From the NCBI GenBank assembly GCA_041690135.1, contig JAWLHY010000003.1:896001-960000 (forward strand): 64,000 nucleotides of DNA, written 5' to 3'. The DNA is from Armatimonadota bacterium (GTDB lineage Bacteria > Armatimonadota > SYMT01). Positions 18,416 to 27,828 of the stretch are shown here, piece by piece. Each line of letters starts with the position of its first letter. Within the stretch, counting starts at the first letter, position 1. The notes below the pieces were generated by a model. It saw only the letters and a program-made list of their open reading frames with translations, was not told the DNA's origin and did no database searches. A program made the position numbers and the translations under genes.

Positions 18416-18643
18416 GTGGGCGACATCTCCCCGGAGGGCTGTGCCGCGTCTCCAGGTTCTTCGCCACTCGTTCCCGGCCGGATCGTGGAACTGCGGAAAC
18501 CACATGCGTGTGGTGGTCGGCAGTGGACGATCACCCGCGCCGGCGCCGACGTGGGCCTGGAGTGCGCCACCTGCCGGCGCCGGGTGCTGCTGGCTCGCGA
18601 AGAGTTCACCCGCCGCTGTGCCCGGATCGTGGGAGACGGATGA
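18416..18643 (+). CDS. DUF951 family protein
   Basis: '[39 protein letters not shown]' signature. Confidence 0.82.
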   Translation: MGDISPEGCAASPGSSPLVPGRIVELRKPHACGGRQWTITRAGADVGLECATCRRRVLLAREEFTRRCARIVGDG

Positions 18644-19125
18644 GATTCATGGCGCTTTTCGACCTTCCTGTCTTAAACGACGTCTACGCCTACGCCGCGA
18701 GAATCGACCAGTCCCCCTGCAACGGGTGCGACGAGTGTGGAGCCCGGTGCGTGGAGGGCGTGCCGATCCAGGAAGCCGAGTTCCTTGCGCTTCGGGCCTT
18801 TGTCGCCGGTCCCGAGGGAGCGGACGCCCGGCGGGTGGAACAAGAGAACAAGGTGCTTCCGTATCCCGGCACGGAAGAGAGTGACGGCGTCTTCTACACG
18901 GCCTGCCGCTTCCGCGATGTGGAGCGTGGCCGCTGCTCGGTCTATCCCGTGCGTCCCCTCGTCTGCCGTCTCTTTGGTCACGTGGAATGGCTCCCCTGTC
19001 CCATCCAGAAGATTCCCGGCCCGGCGCCGGGCGGTCCGGAGACGATGCGCCGGTACGGCGAAGCTCCGCTGCGCACTTACGAAGAGTGGCTCACCGAGCC
19101 CTCCGCTTCCGGCCAGTTGCGCTGA
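18640..19125 (+). CDS. YkgJ family cysteine cluster protein
   Basis: [11 protein letters not shown] and [22 protein letters not shown]; ATGA overlap with upstream gene. Confidence 0.85.
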   Translation: MRFMALFDLPVLNDVYAYAARIDQSPCNGCDECGARCVEGVPIQEAEFLALRAFVAGPEGADARRVEQENKVLPYPGTEESDGVFYTACRFRDVERGRCSVYPVRPLVCRLFGHVEWLPCPIQKIPGPAPGGPETMRRYGEAPLRTYEEWLTEPSASGQLR

Positions 19126-21245
19126 ATCCCGCCGGCGAGCGCTCCCTCCGCCTCGCTGTCCCCTCGCTCCTGGTGGCCTCCGCTCTGGTACTGGCCGGCG
19201 CGGGTGGCTGTCGCCCGGCGGAGGAGAGCCCGGATACCGCCGCTCCCGCCGCCTCCAGCGCCGGACTCCGGCGCGGTCCCGTCCCCATCCACCTCTCGCC
19301 CGATCCCTGGGTGCTCTCGACCGACGCCTGGGACGCGGAGCACCGGGGCGCCTATCTGGGGAACGGCTATATCGGCCAGAGCCTTACCCCGGCCGGCGGG
19401 CTGCTGGTCGATCCGGCCAAACAGCAGTCTTTCCTGGCCGGCTACTACGAGAGTGAGGCCCTGGAAGCGCTTCCCTGCCTGACGCCGCTCCGGATCGCAA
19501 GCGGGGCGCAGGTCCTCGGCGGAAAACCGGAGGAGGTGAAGCAGTACCACCAGGAGTTGCGCCTCCGCAAGGGGGTCCTGGCCACCCGCGGCACCTGGAA
19601 CACTCCAGGCGGCGATGTGGCACTCGAGCTGGAGACGGCGTTCCTGCGACATCGGCCGGACACGGCGCTCCTCCGCGTGACGGTGGATAACCGTGGCTCC
19701 GCGCCCATGACGCTGGGGGTGCCGGAGGAGGGAACGGGAGATCCGGCCGCGAGCGGGGGCGAGTTGCTCCCTAATCAATATCGCTACCGCTGGCGCCAGG
19801 TGGAGGGGCTGGTCCGCCTGGAAGCCCTCGACCGCTCCGACCTTTCTCCCGCCGCTGCCGCCGGCTACCGGTTCGCCTTCACCCTGCCGGCCCATCAGAA
19901 GGCGACCTTTGTTCTGAGCAACACCGTGAGCCATCCGAAGCTCCGTCCGGAGTCGAAGGGTCCGGAACCGCTCCGTGAGTTGACTTCGCAGGTCATCGAC
20001 GCGGAGTTGCGGAGCCACACCGCCGCCTGGGAGAAGCTCTGGCAGTCCGACCTGGAGATCGAGGGAGACCCGGAAGCCCAGCAGGTGGTCCGCGCCTGCC
20101 TGTTCTACCTGCTCGCCAGTGTGCGGCCGGACCACGCCGGGGGGATGCCCCCGATGGGCCTGAGCACCAAGGCATTCAATGGGCACGTGTTCTGGGATAT
20201 GGATAGCTGGATGCTCCCCGCCCTGCTGCCGCAGCACCCGGATCTCGCCCGCGCTATGACGGAGTACCGGTTCGACACCCTTTCCGGCGCGAAGGCCAAT
20301 GCGCGGGCGGAAAAGCTGCCCGGCGCCAGCTACGCCTGGGAGAGCGGAGGCTCCGGTAAGGAGACCCTGAAGGCAGAGGTCTTCCGTCACGGCCGGCACG
20401 TGACCGGCGACGTCGCCCTGGCCCTGAAGCAGTACTATGCCGCGACCGGCGACGACGCCTGGCTGCGCTCCCGTGCCTGGCCGATCCTGAAGGAGACCGC
20501 CGAGAACTGGGTCGCCCGTGCCCAGCCGGACGGCAAGGGCGGGTACGTGGTGAAGCAGGTGACCACACCGGACGAAAACGCCGGCCAGGTGGACCACAGC
20601 GCCTGGACCCACCACGTGGCGCGGGTGAACCTGGAGTTCGCCGCCGAGACCGCCCGGAAACTGGGTCAGCCGGCGAACCCGAAGTGGACCACCGTGGCGC
20701 AGGGCCTCGGGTTCCTGCGCGACCCGGATGGCCTCATCCTTTCCCACTCGGCCTTTACCGAGCGGAGCAAGTCGAAGCAGGCCGACGCGCTGCTTCTTAT
20801 CCACCCCGGCGAGGCGAACCTCCAGAAGGCGGAGGGGGAGCGCCTGTACGACTTCTACGCCCCGCGCGTGATCGAGACCGGGCCGGCGATGACCGATGCC
20901 ATCCACGCGGTGGTTGCGGCCCGCCTGGGGCGCGGGGAAGAGGCCCTGGAGCAGTTCCGCAAGAGCTATCGTCCCTTCGTCCGGCCCCCGTTCCACATCT
21001 TCAGCGAGAAGCGGACCCGCGACAACCTCTGCTTCCTTACCGGTGCCGCCGGTGTGGTGGAAGCGGTCCTCTACGGCTTCGCGGGCCTGGAGCTAGAGCC
21101 GGGGGAAGTCGCCGGTCGGCCCCACCTCAGGCCGCAGTTCCCGCCCGGCTGGCAGGCCCTGCGCGTCAAGGGCCTCCAGTGGCGCGGCAAGAGCTGGGAC
21201 GTGGAGCTCAAGCCCGGAGCGGAGCCTGTCTGGACCGCGAAGTAG
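19122..21245 (+). CDS. Glycoside hydrolase family 65 (acid trehalase/PGGHG-like), probable lipoprotein; start uncertain
   Basis: YLGNGYIG, FNGHVFWD, YAWES, HVTGDVA, TPDE (general acid), KQAD, FLTGAAG; hydrophobic stretch ending in Cys. Confidence 0.85.
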   Translation: MNPAGERSLRLAVPSLLVASALVLAGAGGCRPAEESPDTAAPAASSAGLRRGPVPIHLSPDPWVLSTDAWDAEHRGAYLGNGYIGQSLTPAGGLLVDPAKQQSFLAGYYESEALEALPCLTPLRIASGAQVLGGKPEEVKQYHQELRLRKGVLATRGTWNTPGGDVALELETAFLRHRPDTALLRVTVDNRGSAPMTLGVPEEGTGDPAASGGELLPNQYRYRWRQVEGLVRLEALDRSDLSPAAAAGYRFAFTLPAHQKATFVLSNTVSHPKLRPESKGPEPLRELTSQVIDAELRSHTAAWEKLWQSDLEIEGDPEAQQVVRACLFYLLASVRPDHAGGMPPMGLSTKAFNGHVFWDMDSWMLPALLPQHPDLARAMTEYRFDTLSGAKANARAEKLPGASYAWESGGSGKETLKAEVFRHGRHVTGDVALALKQYYAATGDDAWLRSRAWPILKETAENWVARAQPDGKGGYVVKQVTTPDENAGQVDHSAWTHHVARVNLEFAAETARKLGQPANPKWTTVAQGLGFLRDPDGLILSHSAFTERSKSKQADALLLIHPGEANLQKAEGERLYDFYAPRVIETGPAMTDAIHAVVAARLGRGEEALEQFRKSYRPFVRPPFHIFSEKRTRDNLCFLTGAAGVVEAVLYGFAGLELEPGEVAGRPHLRPQFPPGWQALRVKGLQWRGKSWDVELKPGAEPVWTAK

Positions 21246-21268
21246 GCCTGCGTGATCGTCCTTACTGA

Positions 21269-21302
21269 TATCTGGGGCACCTACCATCCGGTGCCCCAGA
21301 TA
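21269..21302. terminator. 13-bp inverted repeat after the GH65 gene
   Basis: TATCTGGGGCACC-N8-GGTGCCCCAGATA; no U-tract. Confidence 0.55.
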
Positions 21303-21447
21303 CGAGCGGTGTCGCTGCAGATCACGGTGAGACTGTGCGAAGCGCCGTATTCGCGCCGCCGTTTCGAAGGCGTTATGTTGGGTAACCTTCCTTCGTGCCG
21401 CCCAGGCGTTCCGGGCGGCAGCGCGTCAAACCAGGAAGGAAACTCCG

Positions 21448-22335
21448 ATGACAGTGCCCGCTTTGCCGATTATCGACATGCACCTGCACGCGCACGAGCC
21501 TGGCGCGTCGATCGTGCTACCGGGAGCGCCGGCACTGTGTCGCCCTCACCCGTGCCGCGGCAGCGGGAAGGCGACCGCCACCAGCGCGGAGACGCTTGGG
21601 AAGACCCTGGAGTGGATGGACCGCTGCAACATTGTCAAGGGCTTCCTGAGCGGCGAATTGGAGACCGTCCGGGAATGGGCAGCGGCGGCTCCCGATCGTT
21701 TCATCGCGGCGCCTTTCATCCTGGAGCCTGGCCGGCCTGACGCGGAGACGCTTCGGCGAGAGTATGCCGCGGGGCATCTTGCCGGCATGGGGGAGATCGC
21801 GGCGCAACTCACCGGCGTGGCTCCGAACGATCCCGCACTCGAGCCGTATTTTTCCCTCGCCGAAGAGCTTGACTTGCCGGTTCTGATTCATACGGCGGGG
21901 ATCGGTCCGTACCTGCCCGGCTTCCGTTCAGCCAAAGGTAACCCGCTGCTTCTGGAAGAGGTGTTGGTCCGGCACCCGAACTTGCGGCTCTGGGTGGAGA
22001 ATGCCGGCTTCCCCTTCCTCCACGAGATGATGGCGATGATGTACCAATATCCGCAGCTTCATGCGGATCTGTCCACTATTACCTGGGTTATCCCACGCGC
22101 TGCGTTCTACGACTATTTGCAGGCACTCGTCCGCGCGGGCCTGGGGAAGCGCCTGATGTTCGGCTCGGACCAAATGCGCTGGCCTGAAGTGATCGGAAGC
22201 GCCGTGGAAGCAATCCATGCAGCCGACTTTCTCACCGAGGAGCAGAAGCGGGACCTACTCTACAACAATGCAGCGCGCCTGCTTCGTCTTGAGCAGGTAG
22301 CATCGGATTCCGAGGCGCCACGAGCGGCTGCATGA
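21448..22335 (+). CDS. Amidohydrolase_2 family protein
   Basis: IIDMHLH, GMGE, PVLIHT, RLMFGSD, LLYNNAARLL. Confidence 0.9.
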   Translation: MTVPALPIIDMHLHAHEPGASIVLPGAPALCRPHPCRGSGKATATSAETLGKTLEWMDRCNIVKGFLSGELETVREWAAAAPDRFIAAPFILEPGRPDAETLRREYAAGHLAGMGEIAAQLTGVAPNDPALEPYFSLAEELDLPVLIHTAGIGPYLPGFRSAKGNPLLLEEVLVRHPNLRLWVENAGFPFLHEMMAMMYQYPQLHADLSTITWVIPRAAFYDYLQALVRAGLGKRLMFGSDQMRWPEVIGSAVEAIHAADFLTEEQKRDLLYNNAARLLRLEQVASDSEAPRAAA

Positions 22336-22450
22336 CTCTTTGCCGCCGCTTCCGCCCGGCGTTCCTAACGGGTCGTTGTATCTGCCTCCCATCTATTTTC
22401 CAGAGCCGGTAGGCCCTCAGGTCCCTTCCGTGTCCCTCTATGTTGAGCGA

Positions 22451-23329
22451 CTATCCCGGACGGATTACCGGGACGGCGCCGGGCAACACGCTGATCTCCA
22501 CCGGGGTCCGGCCGAAGTAGTCGCCGTCGAGCTGCACGGCGGCGGCCGGCTTGCACTCGATCCGGACCCACCGCGTGCGGTAGTAGTTGAAATGGGGGTC
22601 CTTGAGTTGGCGACCCAACAGCACGTTGAAGATCTGGCCCAGGAAGCCCAGCTTGCTCCGTTCCCGGAAGAGGCAAAGGTCCAGGTAACCATCGTCGAGG
22701 CTGGCGAGCGGCGCGATGTGCACGGGACCACCATAACTGGCGGCATTGGCGACCACCAGCAGCATGCCGCGGGCCACGATCCGCTCTTCGGAAAGCAGCA
22801 GGCGGTAGCGGAGAGGGCGGGGGATCTGCGCGAGAGTTCGCAGCCCACTCAGCACGTACGCGGGGGCGCCGATCAGGTCCTTCACGTTGGGCGGCACCTC
22901 GCGGACCACCTCCGCGTCGAAGCCGATGCCGGCCATCAGGGCGAAACGACGCCCGTTGCACAGGCCCAAGTCGATGGGGTGGGGTCGGCCGTGCCGGAGC
23001 ACTTCGCACGCGGCGGGGAGGTCGTTGACCGGAATCTTCAGCTCCCGTGCCAGGACGTTGGCGGTCCCCAGCGGGATCAGGCCCAGGGGCAGGCCTGGAG
23101 GGATGCCGTTCAGCACCTCGTTGATCGTGCCGTCGCCACCCACCGCCACGACGCAGTCGAACGCCTCCGGACGAAGGCCGCGCGCGTACCGTTCGGCGTC
23201 CCCACGCGTACGCGTTTCCAGGACCTCCACCGTGGGGCACCACGCGGAGAGGCACTCCCGGATCCGCGGCAGCGCACTTCCCGGCCGCGCCTGCCCCGCT
23301 ACCGGATTTACGATCAAACAGATCCTCAC
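22451..23329 (-). CDS. Diacylglycerol kinase family lipid kinase (YegS/BmrU-like)
   Basis: NPVAG, GGDGTINEV, PLGTANVLA, GIGFDA, QLDGD. Confidence 0.93.
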   Translation of the reverse strand: MRICLIVNPVAGQARPGSALPRIRECLSAWCPTVEVLETRTRGDAERYARGLRPEAFDCVVAVGGDGTINEVLNGIPPGLPLGLIPLGTANVLARELKIPVNDLPAACEVLRHGRPHPIDLGLCNGRRFALMAGIGFDAEVVREVPPNVKDLIGAPAYVLSGLRTLAQIPRPLRYRLLLSEERIVARGMLLVVANAASYGGPVHIAPLASLDDGYLDLCLFRERSKLGFLGQIFNVLLGRQLKDPHFNYYRTRWVRIECKPAAAVQLDGDYFGRTPVEISVLPGAVPVIRPG

Positions 23330-23507
23330 CCGATCGTCCTATTCCCGCGAGCGTTCACCATCCCGGACGCTCGAACGCCTGAATGATGTTGGGAAATTCG
23401 ATCGCGGGCAGTCCAACTGCAGCCGATCCTGCAGCAAACCATCACCACGATCAATGGTCCCGTACTTCCACCGTCCCAGTTCATCTCGTCTCGTCCCGTC
23501 CCAGACC

Positions 23508-23610
23508 TCACGTTTCACGTTTCACGTCTTACACGCCTGCCCGAGGTAAATCCCGTGCCCTCGCAGTCATCTCGCACGTAAGCCTCACGTTTCACGCATC
23601 ACGCATCACG
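23508..23610. repeat. Heptamer tandem repeats (TCACGTT/TCACGCA)
   Basis: Two clusters of TCACG(TT/CA) units in the intergenic region. Confidence 0.75.
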
Positions 23611-23622
23611 GCGCCCCTAAGA

Positions 23623-23651
23623 TTGACAGGTCCAGACGATCCGGGTACGCT
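23623..23651 (+). promoter_or_regulatory. Sigma70-type promoter of ppa operon
   Basis: TTGACA-N17-TACGCT. Confidence 0.7.
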
Positions 23652-23732
23652 ACAGGCGTCAGGTTCATAACCGTATCCGTCACCCCGGTTTCCCGTCGAT
23701 AGAGGCCCGGACCCCGGAGAGAATTTCGCTTC

Positions 23733-24287
23733 ATGTCCTTACTGTCCTATCCCATCGGTCGCCATGCTCCCACGGAGGTGTTCGGCATCGTCGAGATCCC
23801 GAAGGGGAGCTCCAACAAGTACGAGTTCGACCTCCACCATGAGGTGTTCGTGCTCGACCGGGTCCTCTACTCCCCCCTCTTTTATCCCTGCGATTACGGC
23901 TGGGTGGCCGGCACGCTCTCCGAAGACGGCGACCCGCTCGACATCCTGATCCTCGGCAGCGAGCCGACCTTTCCCGGCTGCGTGGTGGCGACCCGCCCGC
24001 TGGGAGCGCTGGCGATGTCGGACGAGCACGGCACCGACTACAAGGTGTTGGCCGTCTCCTGCCGCGATCCCCGCTACGAGGAAACGCTCACCCTGGAACA
24101 TGTTTCCCGGCATCGCCTGCGCGAGATCGAGCATTTCTTCCGGGTGTACAAGGACCTGGAAGAGAAGGAAGTGGAAGTCAAAGGCTGGATTGACCAGGAG
24201 CAAACGTACCGGATCATCGCGGACTGTCACAAGCGCCTGACCGGCACCGTCCTCAACATACCCCCACCGGGAGGAGGCCTGCGGTGA
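23733..24287 (+). CDS. ppa: Inorganic pyrophosphatase (family I)
   Basis: EIPKGSSNKYE, DRVLY, YPCDYG, DGDPLD, FFRVYKDLE. Confidence 0.96.
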   Translation: MSLLSYPIGRHAPTEVFGIVEIPKGSSNKYEFDLHHEVFVLDRVLYSPLFYPCDYGWVAGTLSEDGDPLDILILGSEPTFPGCVVATRPLGALAMSDEHGTDYKVLAVSCRDPRYEETLTLEHVSRHRLREIEHFFRVYKDLEEKEVEVKGWIDQEQTYRIIADCHKRLTGTVLNIPPPGGGLR

Positions 24288-24841
24288 GTGCCGCTCGTGA
24301 AATGCCCCCGCTGCCCCTAACGGCGGAAGAGGCCCTTCAGTTCCACAGCGACCGCTCCTGGGAGTTGGTCGACGGGGAGATTCGGGAGATGTCGCTGGCC
24401 GGCGCGGAACATGGCGAGTGTGGAGGGAACCTTCTGACGGAGTTGGCCGTGCACGTGAAGGCTCACGGCCTGGGGAAGCTCTACCTGGCGGAAACCGGTT
24501 TCCTGATCGCTCGCGACCCGGATGCGGTGCGCGGCCCGGATATCGCCTTCATCCGGAAGGATCGGGTTCCGCACCCTACTCCGCCGGGCTGGATGACCAC
24601 CATGCCGGATCTCGTGGTGGAGGTCATCTCCCCTCGGGAGGAGGTCGGCGCGGTTGCGGATAAAATCGGCGCCTGGCTGGATGCGGGAGTGTCTCTCGTG
24701 TGGGCCGTCTATCCCCGCTGGCGAGCCGTGCAGGTTCACCGGCTGGGCCATGAGATTCGCTTCCTCACCGAGTCCGCCACCCTGGATGGTGAAGACGTAC
24801 TGCCGGGCTTCTCGCTGCTGGTGAAGGAGATCTTCGTATGA
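24284..24841 (+). CDS. Uma2 family endonuclease
   Basis: ELVDGE, H, RGPDIAF, PDLVVEVISP, K..WL.AGV, LPGF; GTGA/ATGA coupling on both sides. Confidence 0.9.
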   Translation: MSAAREMPPLPLTAEEALQFHSDRSWELVDGEIREMSLAGAEHGECGGNLLTELAVHVKAHGLGKLYLAETGFLIARDPDAVRGPDIAFIRKDRVPHPTPPGWMTTMPDLVVEVISPREEVGAVADKIGAWLDAGVSLVWAVYPRWRAVQVHRLGHEIRFLTESATLDGEDVLPGFSLLVKEIFV

Positions 24842-26184
24842 GAGCGGTGCGTATTGCAGGGTTGCTGCTGCTCGGCGCCGCGGCCCCGGTGCTGGCGGCC
24901 TCCTTTTCCGAGCGGCTGACGGAAGAGAACCTGGCGGCAGTCCGGGCTTCCGCGCGCGAGTTGCGGCGGGAGGCGCGCTCGGAACCGGAGAATGCCGGTT
25001 ACCAGGATGTTCGGGTGGTTCTGCACGCGCATTCCGGTCTCTCCCATGACTCCCGGGGCACGGAAGAGCAGATCGTGGCGGCGGCGAAAAAGGCGAAGGT
25101 CCGTGCCGTTTTTATGAGTGAGCACCCCACCCCGGACCGCAAGTGGGCCACTGAAGGGCTCCGGGGAGAGAAAGAGGGCGTGCTGCTCGTTCCCGGCGCG
25201 GAGCTGAGCGACGGGCTGCTGATCTGGCGCTCCGAAGGCCAGGAGTGGACGCCGCAGATGAAGGCGTCGGAGGTTCTGGAAAAGCTCTCGGGCAGCCGCG
25301 CGGTGGCCTTTGTCGCGCATCCGGAGGAGCGGAAGGATGATGCGGCCTGGAACCTGCCTGCCTTCCACGGGATGGAGATCTACAACACCCACGCCGACGC
25401 GGAAGACAGCGGCTACGAGAAGTTGCTGGAGTCGTTCCGCAAAGAGAGCCCCTTCCGCCTCCTGGGGGTATTGAGCCTCTTGAAGAAGTACCCGCGGGAG
25501 GCTTTTGCCGCCGTCTTCGACGAGCAGGCGGAGATCCTGGGGCGCTGGGATCGCCTGAATGCCGCCTTCCTCTCCGGGGAGAAAGCTTCGAACCGGCGGG
25601 TGGTCGGTATCGCGGGGAACGATTCCCACCAGAACGTCGGCATCTCCGTGGAGACGGGCGACGGCGGCCTGGTGATCAAGGATGCCCTGGGCCGCGTGAT
25701 CAGCAATCCGGGCAAGAAGGGTGGGGGCTTGCAGCTCGGTGGGGGCGGGGGCGCACCACTCGTGTCGCACACTTTCGATACCTACGACGTGAGCTTCGGC
25801 TACGTCAGCACGCACCTGCTGCTGGACCCGGAAGCGAAGGTGACCGAGGATTCGCTCTTCGACACCCTCCTTCGCGGTCGCGCCTATGTCGCCTTCGACT
25901 GGATGGCCGATCCCACCGGGTTCCGCTTCACGGCGGAACACGCTGGCAAGAGCTCGCCGATGGGGAGCGATGTGCCGCTGGCGGAGACGCCCACGCTGGC
26001 CGCGCGGACGAACCTGCCCGCCACGCTGCGATTGCTGCGGAACGGAGAGGAGATCCGGCGCGTCGAAGGAACGGAGATCACGGCAGAGGTGCGGGCCCCG
26101 GGCGTCTACCGTGTCGAAGCCTGGTTGGAGGTCGCCGGCGAAAAGCGCCCCTGGATCTACAGCAATCCGATCTACGTGAAATAG
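24838..26184 (+). CDS. Secreted PHP-domain (CehA/McbA-like) metallohydrolase
   Basis: HAHSGLSHDS, SEH, GAE, AHP, GMEIYN, GNDSH, WIYSNPIY. Confidence 0.8.
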   Translation: MRAVRIAGLLLLGAAAPVLAASFSERLTEENLAAVRASARELRREARSEPENAGYQDVRVVLHAHSGLSHDSRGTEEQIVAAAKKAKVRAVFMSEHPTPDRKWATEGLRGEKEGVLLVPGAELSDGLLIWRSEGQEWTPQMKASEVLEKLSGSRAVAFVAHPEERKDDAAWNLPAFHGMEIYNTHADAEDSGYEKLLESFRKESPFRLLGVLSLLKKYPREAFAAVFDEQAEILGRWDRLNAAFLSGEKASNRRVVGIAGNDSHQNVGISVETGDGGLVIKDALGRVISNPGKKGGGLQLGGGGGAPLVSHTFDTYDVSFGYVSTHLLLDPEAKVTEDSLFDTLLRGRAYVAFDWMADPTGFRFTAEHAGKSSPMGSDVPLAETPTLAARTNLPATLRLLRNGEEIRRVEGTEITAEVRAPGVYRVEAWLEVAGEKRPWIYSNPIYVK

Positions 26185-26194
26185 ACCCGTTCTC

Positions 26195-27427
26195 TTGTCC
26201 CCCTGCCTCCATCACCCCGAAGCCGTCGCCGCCGGAGACTGCGAGCTCTGCGCGCAGCCCCACTGCGCTGCCTGCCTGCAGCAGTTTCTGGGTCGCCGGT
26301 ACTGTCCCGCCTGCCTCGCTCGCGTCCAGGCAATCGCTAATCCCGGCCGGCCTTCGAACACTCCCGGGCCGCCGGCGTCCGTCGGATCGGCAACTTCCAT
26401 CGCCGGTCCTACCGGTCCTATCGGTCCTTCGGGCCAGGCTCCGCGGCTGCGGGGTTGGGCGAGTGCCCTCCTCTACCTGGTGGGCTTCCTGGTCTTTATC
26501 CAGATCCTCGCCGCCCCCGCCGCTTTGACGCCCTTGCTGCTGGCCAAGGCCTTCACCGGCCGCGCGAGTATGGCCGAACCGGACCTGCGGGAGTTGATCG
26601 ACCCCGGCGGGTTGGGTTACCCCCTGTGGACCGTCCTCTTCGGCCTCTTTACCTGGGGGACGTTCCTGGCCACCCTCCTCTACACCTTTGGGATGGGTCG
26701 CAGCATCGAACGCAAGACGCTGCCGGAACTGGGTCTCACCTGGCCACCGCGCTTCCGGCGCGACCTGCTGCTCGGGTTGGCACTGGCGGGTATCCTGTTC
26801 GTCTCGATCCTGGGGATCGGGGTCGCGCGCGAATGGTATATCGTCCGCAGCATCGCGCCCTTCGGTCAGTCCGTTGCCATCTTCGTCGTCGGGTTCGTGC
26901 TGCTGCTGCCGTATGCGGCCGTGGAGGAGTTGGCCATCCGCGGTTATCTGTTCCAGGCGGCTCGTCGTTCCTGGGGCACAGTCGGGGCAGTGGTCTTCAG
27001 CACCCTGGTCTTTGCTTTCCTGCACGGCGCCAATCCCAACTTCGCCGAGCACCCCCTCGCCCTGCTCGGCTTGATACTCGCCGGCCTCTATCTGGCCTCG
27101 GCGTACCTGGCCACCGGTAACCTCTGGTTGGCCATCTTCCTCCACACGGGCTGGAACCTGATGGAAGGACCCGTATTTGGCCTCCCGGTAAGCGGTATTA
27201 CCATGCCGACCAGCATCTTCCGCACCAGCGTCACCGGTCCGGATCTGTGGACGGGAGGGGCTTTCGGTCCGGAAGCCAGTCTCTTCCTCTGCATCCTGCT
27301 GGTCGTTCACACCGCGGCGCTCTGGGCCGTCCTCTCTCTGGTTCGCTCCCGCCGCCCGGAAGCTGCGCCACCTTCGAGCGATTCCGCCAACACCCTGTAT
27401 CGGGCCGCTCCACTTCCCGAGAATTAG
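26195..27427 (+). CDS. CPBP (Abi/CAAX) intramembrane metalloprotease with N-terminal B-box-like Zn finger
   Basis: EELAIRGY, FAFLH, IFLHTGWN, GPEAS; N-terminal CxxH..CxxC..CxxC..CxxC. Confidence 0.88.
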   Translation: MSPCLHHPEAVAAGDCELCAQPHCAACLQQFLGRRYCPACLARVQAIANPGRPSNTPGPPASVGSATSIAGPTGPIGPSGQAPRLRGWASALLYLVGFLVFIQILAAPAALTPLLLAKAFTGRASMAEPDLRELIDPGGLGYPLWTVLFGLFTWGTFLATLLYTFGMGRSIERKTLPELGLTWPPRFRRDLLLGLALAGILFVSILGIGVAREWYIVRSIAPFGQSVAIFVVGFVLLLPYAAVEELAIRGYLFQAARRSWGTVGAVVFSTLVFAFLHGANPNFAEHPLALLGLILAGLYLASAYLATGNLWLAIFLHTGWNLMEGPVFGLPVSGITMPTSIFRTSVTGPDLWTGGAFGPEASLFLCILLVVHTAALWAVLSLVRSRRPEAAPPSSDSANTLYRAAPLPEN

Positions 27428-27828
27428 AAGGGAAGGGCTCGCTGCGGCGGCAAACGGGCATCCGAAGGTCCGAAAGCGGCTTCGGGTTGCACAACAACCG
27501 ATCCAGCCTCACTTCTGTTAGGAGAGCTTTCGCGGACCTATGCGTCCGCCGCGAGCCGGCAGAGTACGAGAGCCTTCCTTCGCATCCCACGAGCGCCTTC
27601 CACGAACGCATTTCACGAGCCCACGCCGGCATGGCCGGATGGGGCGAAGTAAACGCATTTTTGTGGAGTTCGCTGCGGGTGGAGGGATGCGCGCGCCCGA
27701 TTTCTAACAGAGTAGCTGGTTGTATGGCCGCAGTGTCACGGCTCGGTAGGTTGGCTGTGGCGCCGCGTTCGTTCCGTCTGCGGCGCGGGTAGTCCGCGAC
27801 GGGATCGGAAGTAGGGAGCAAAGTCCGC

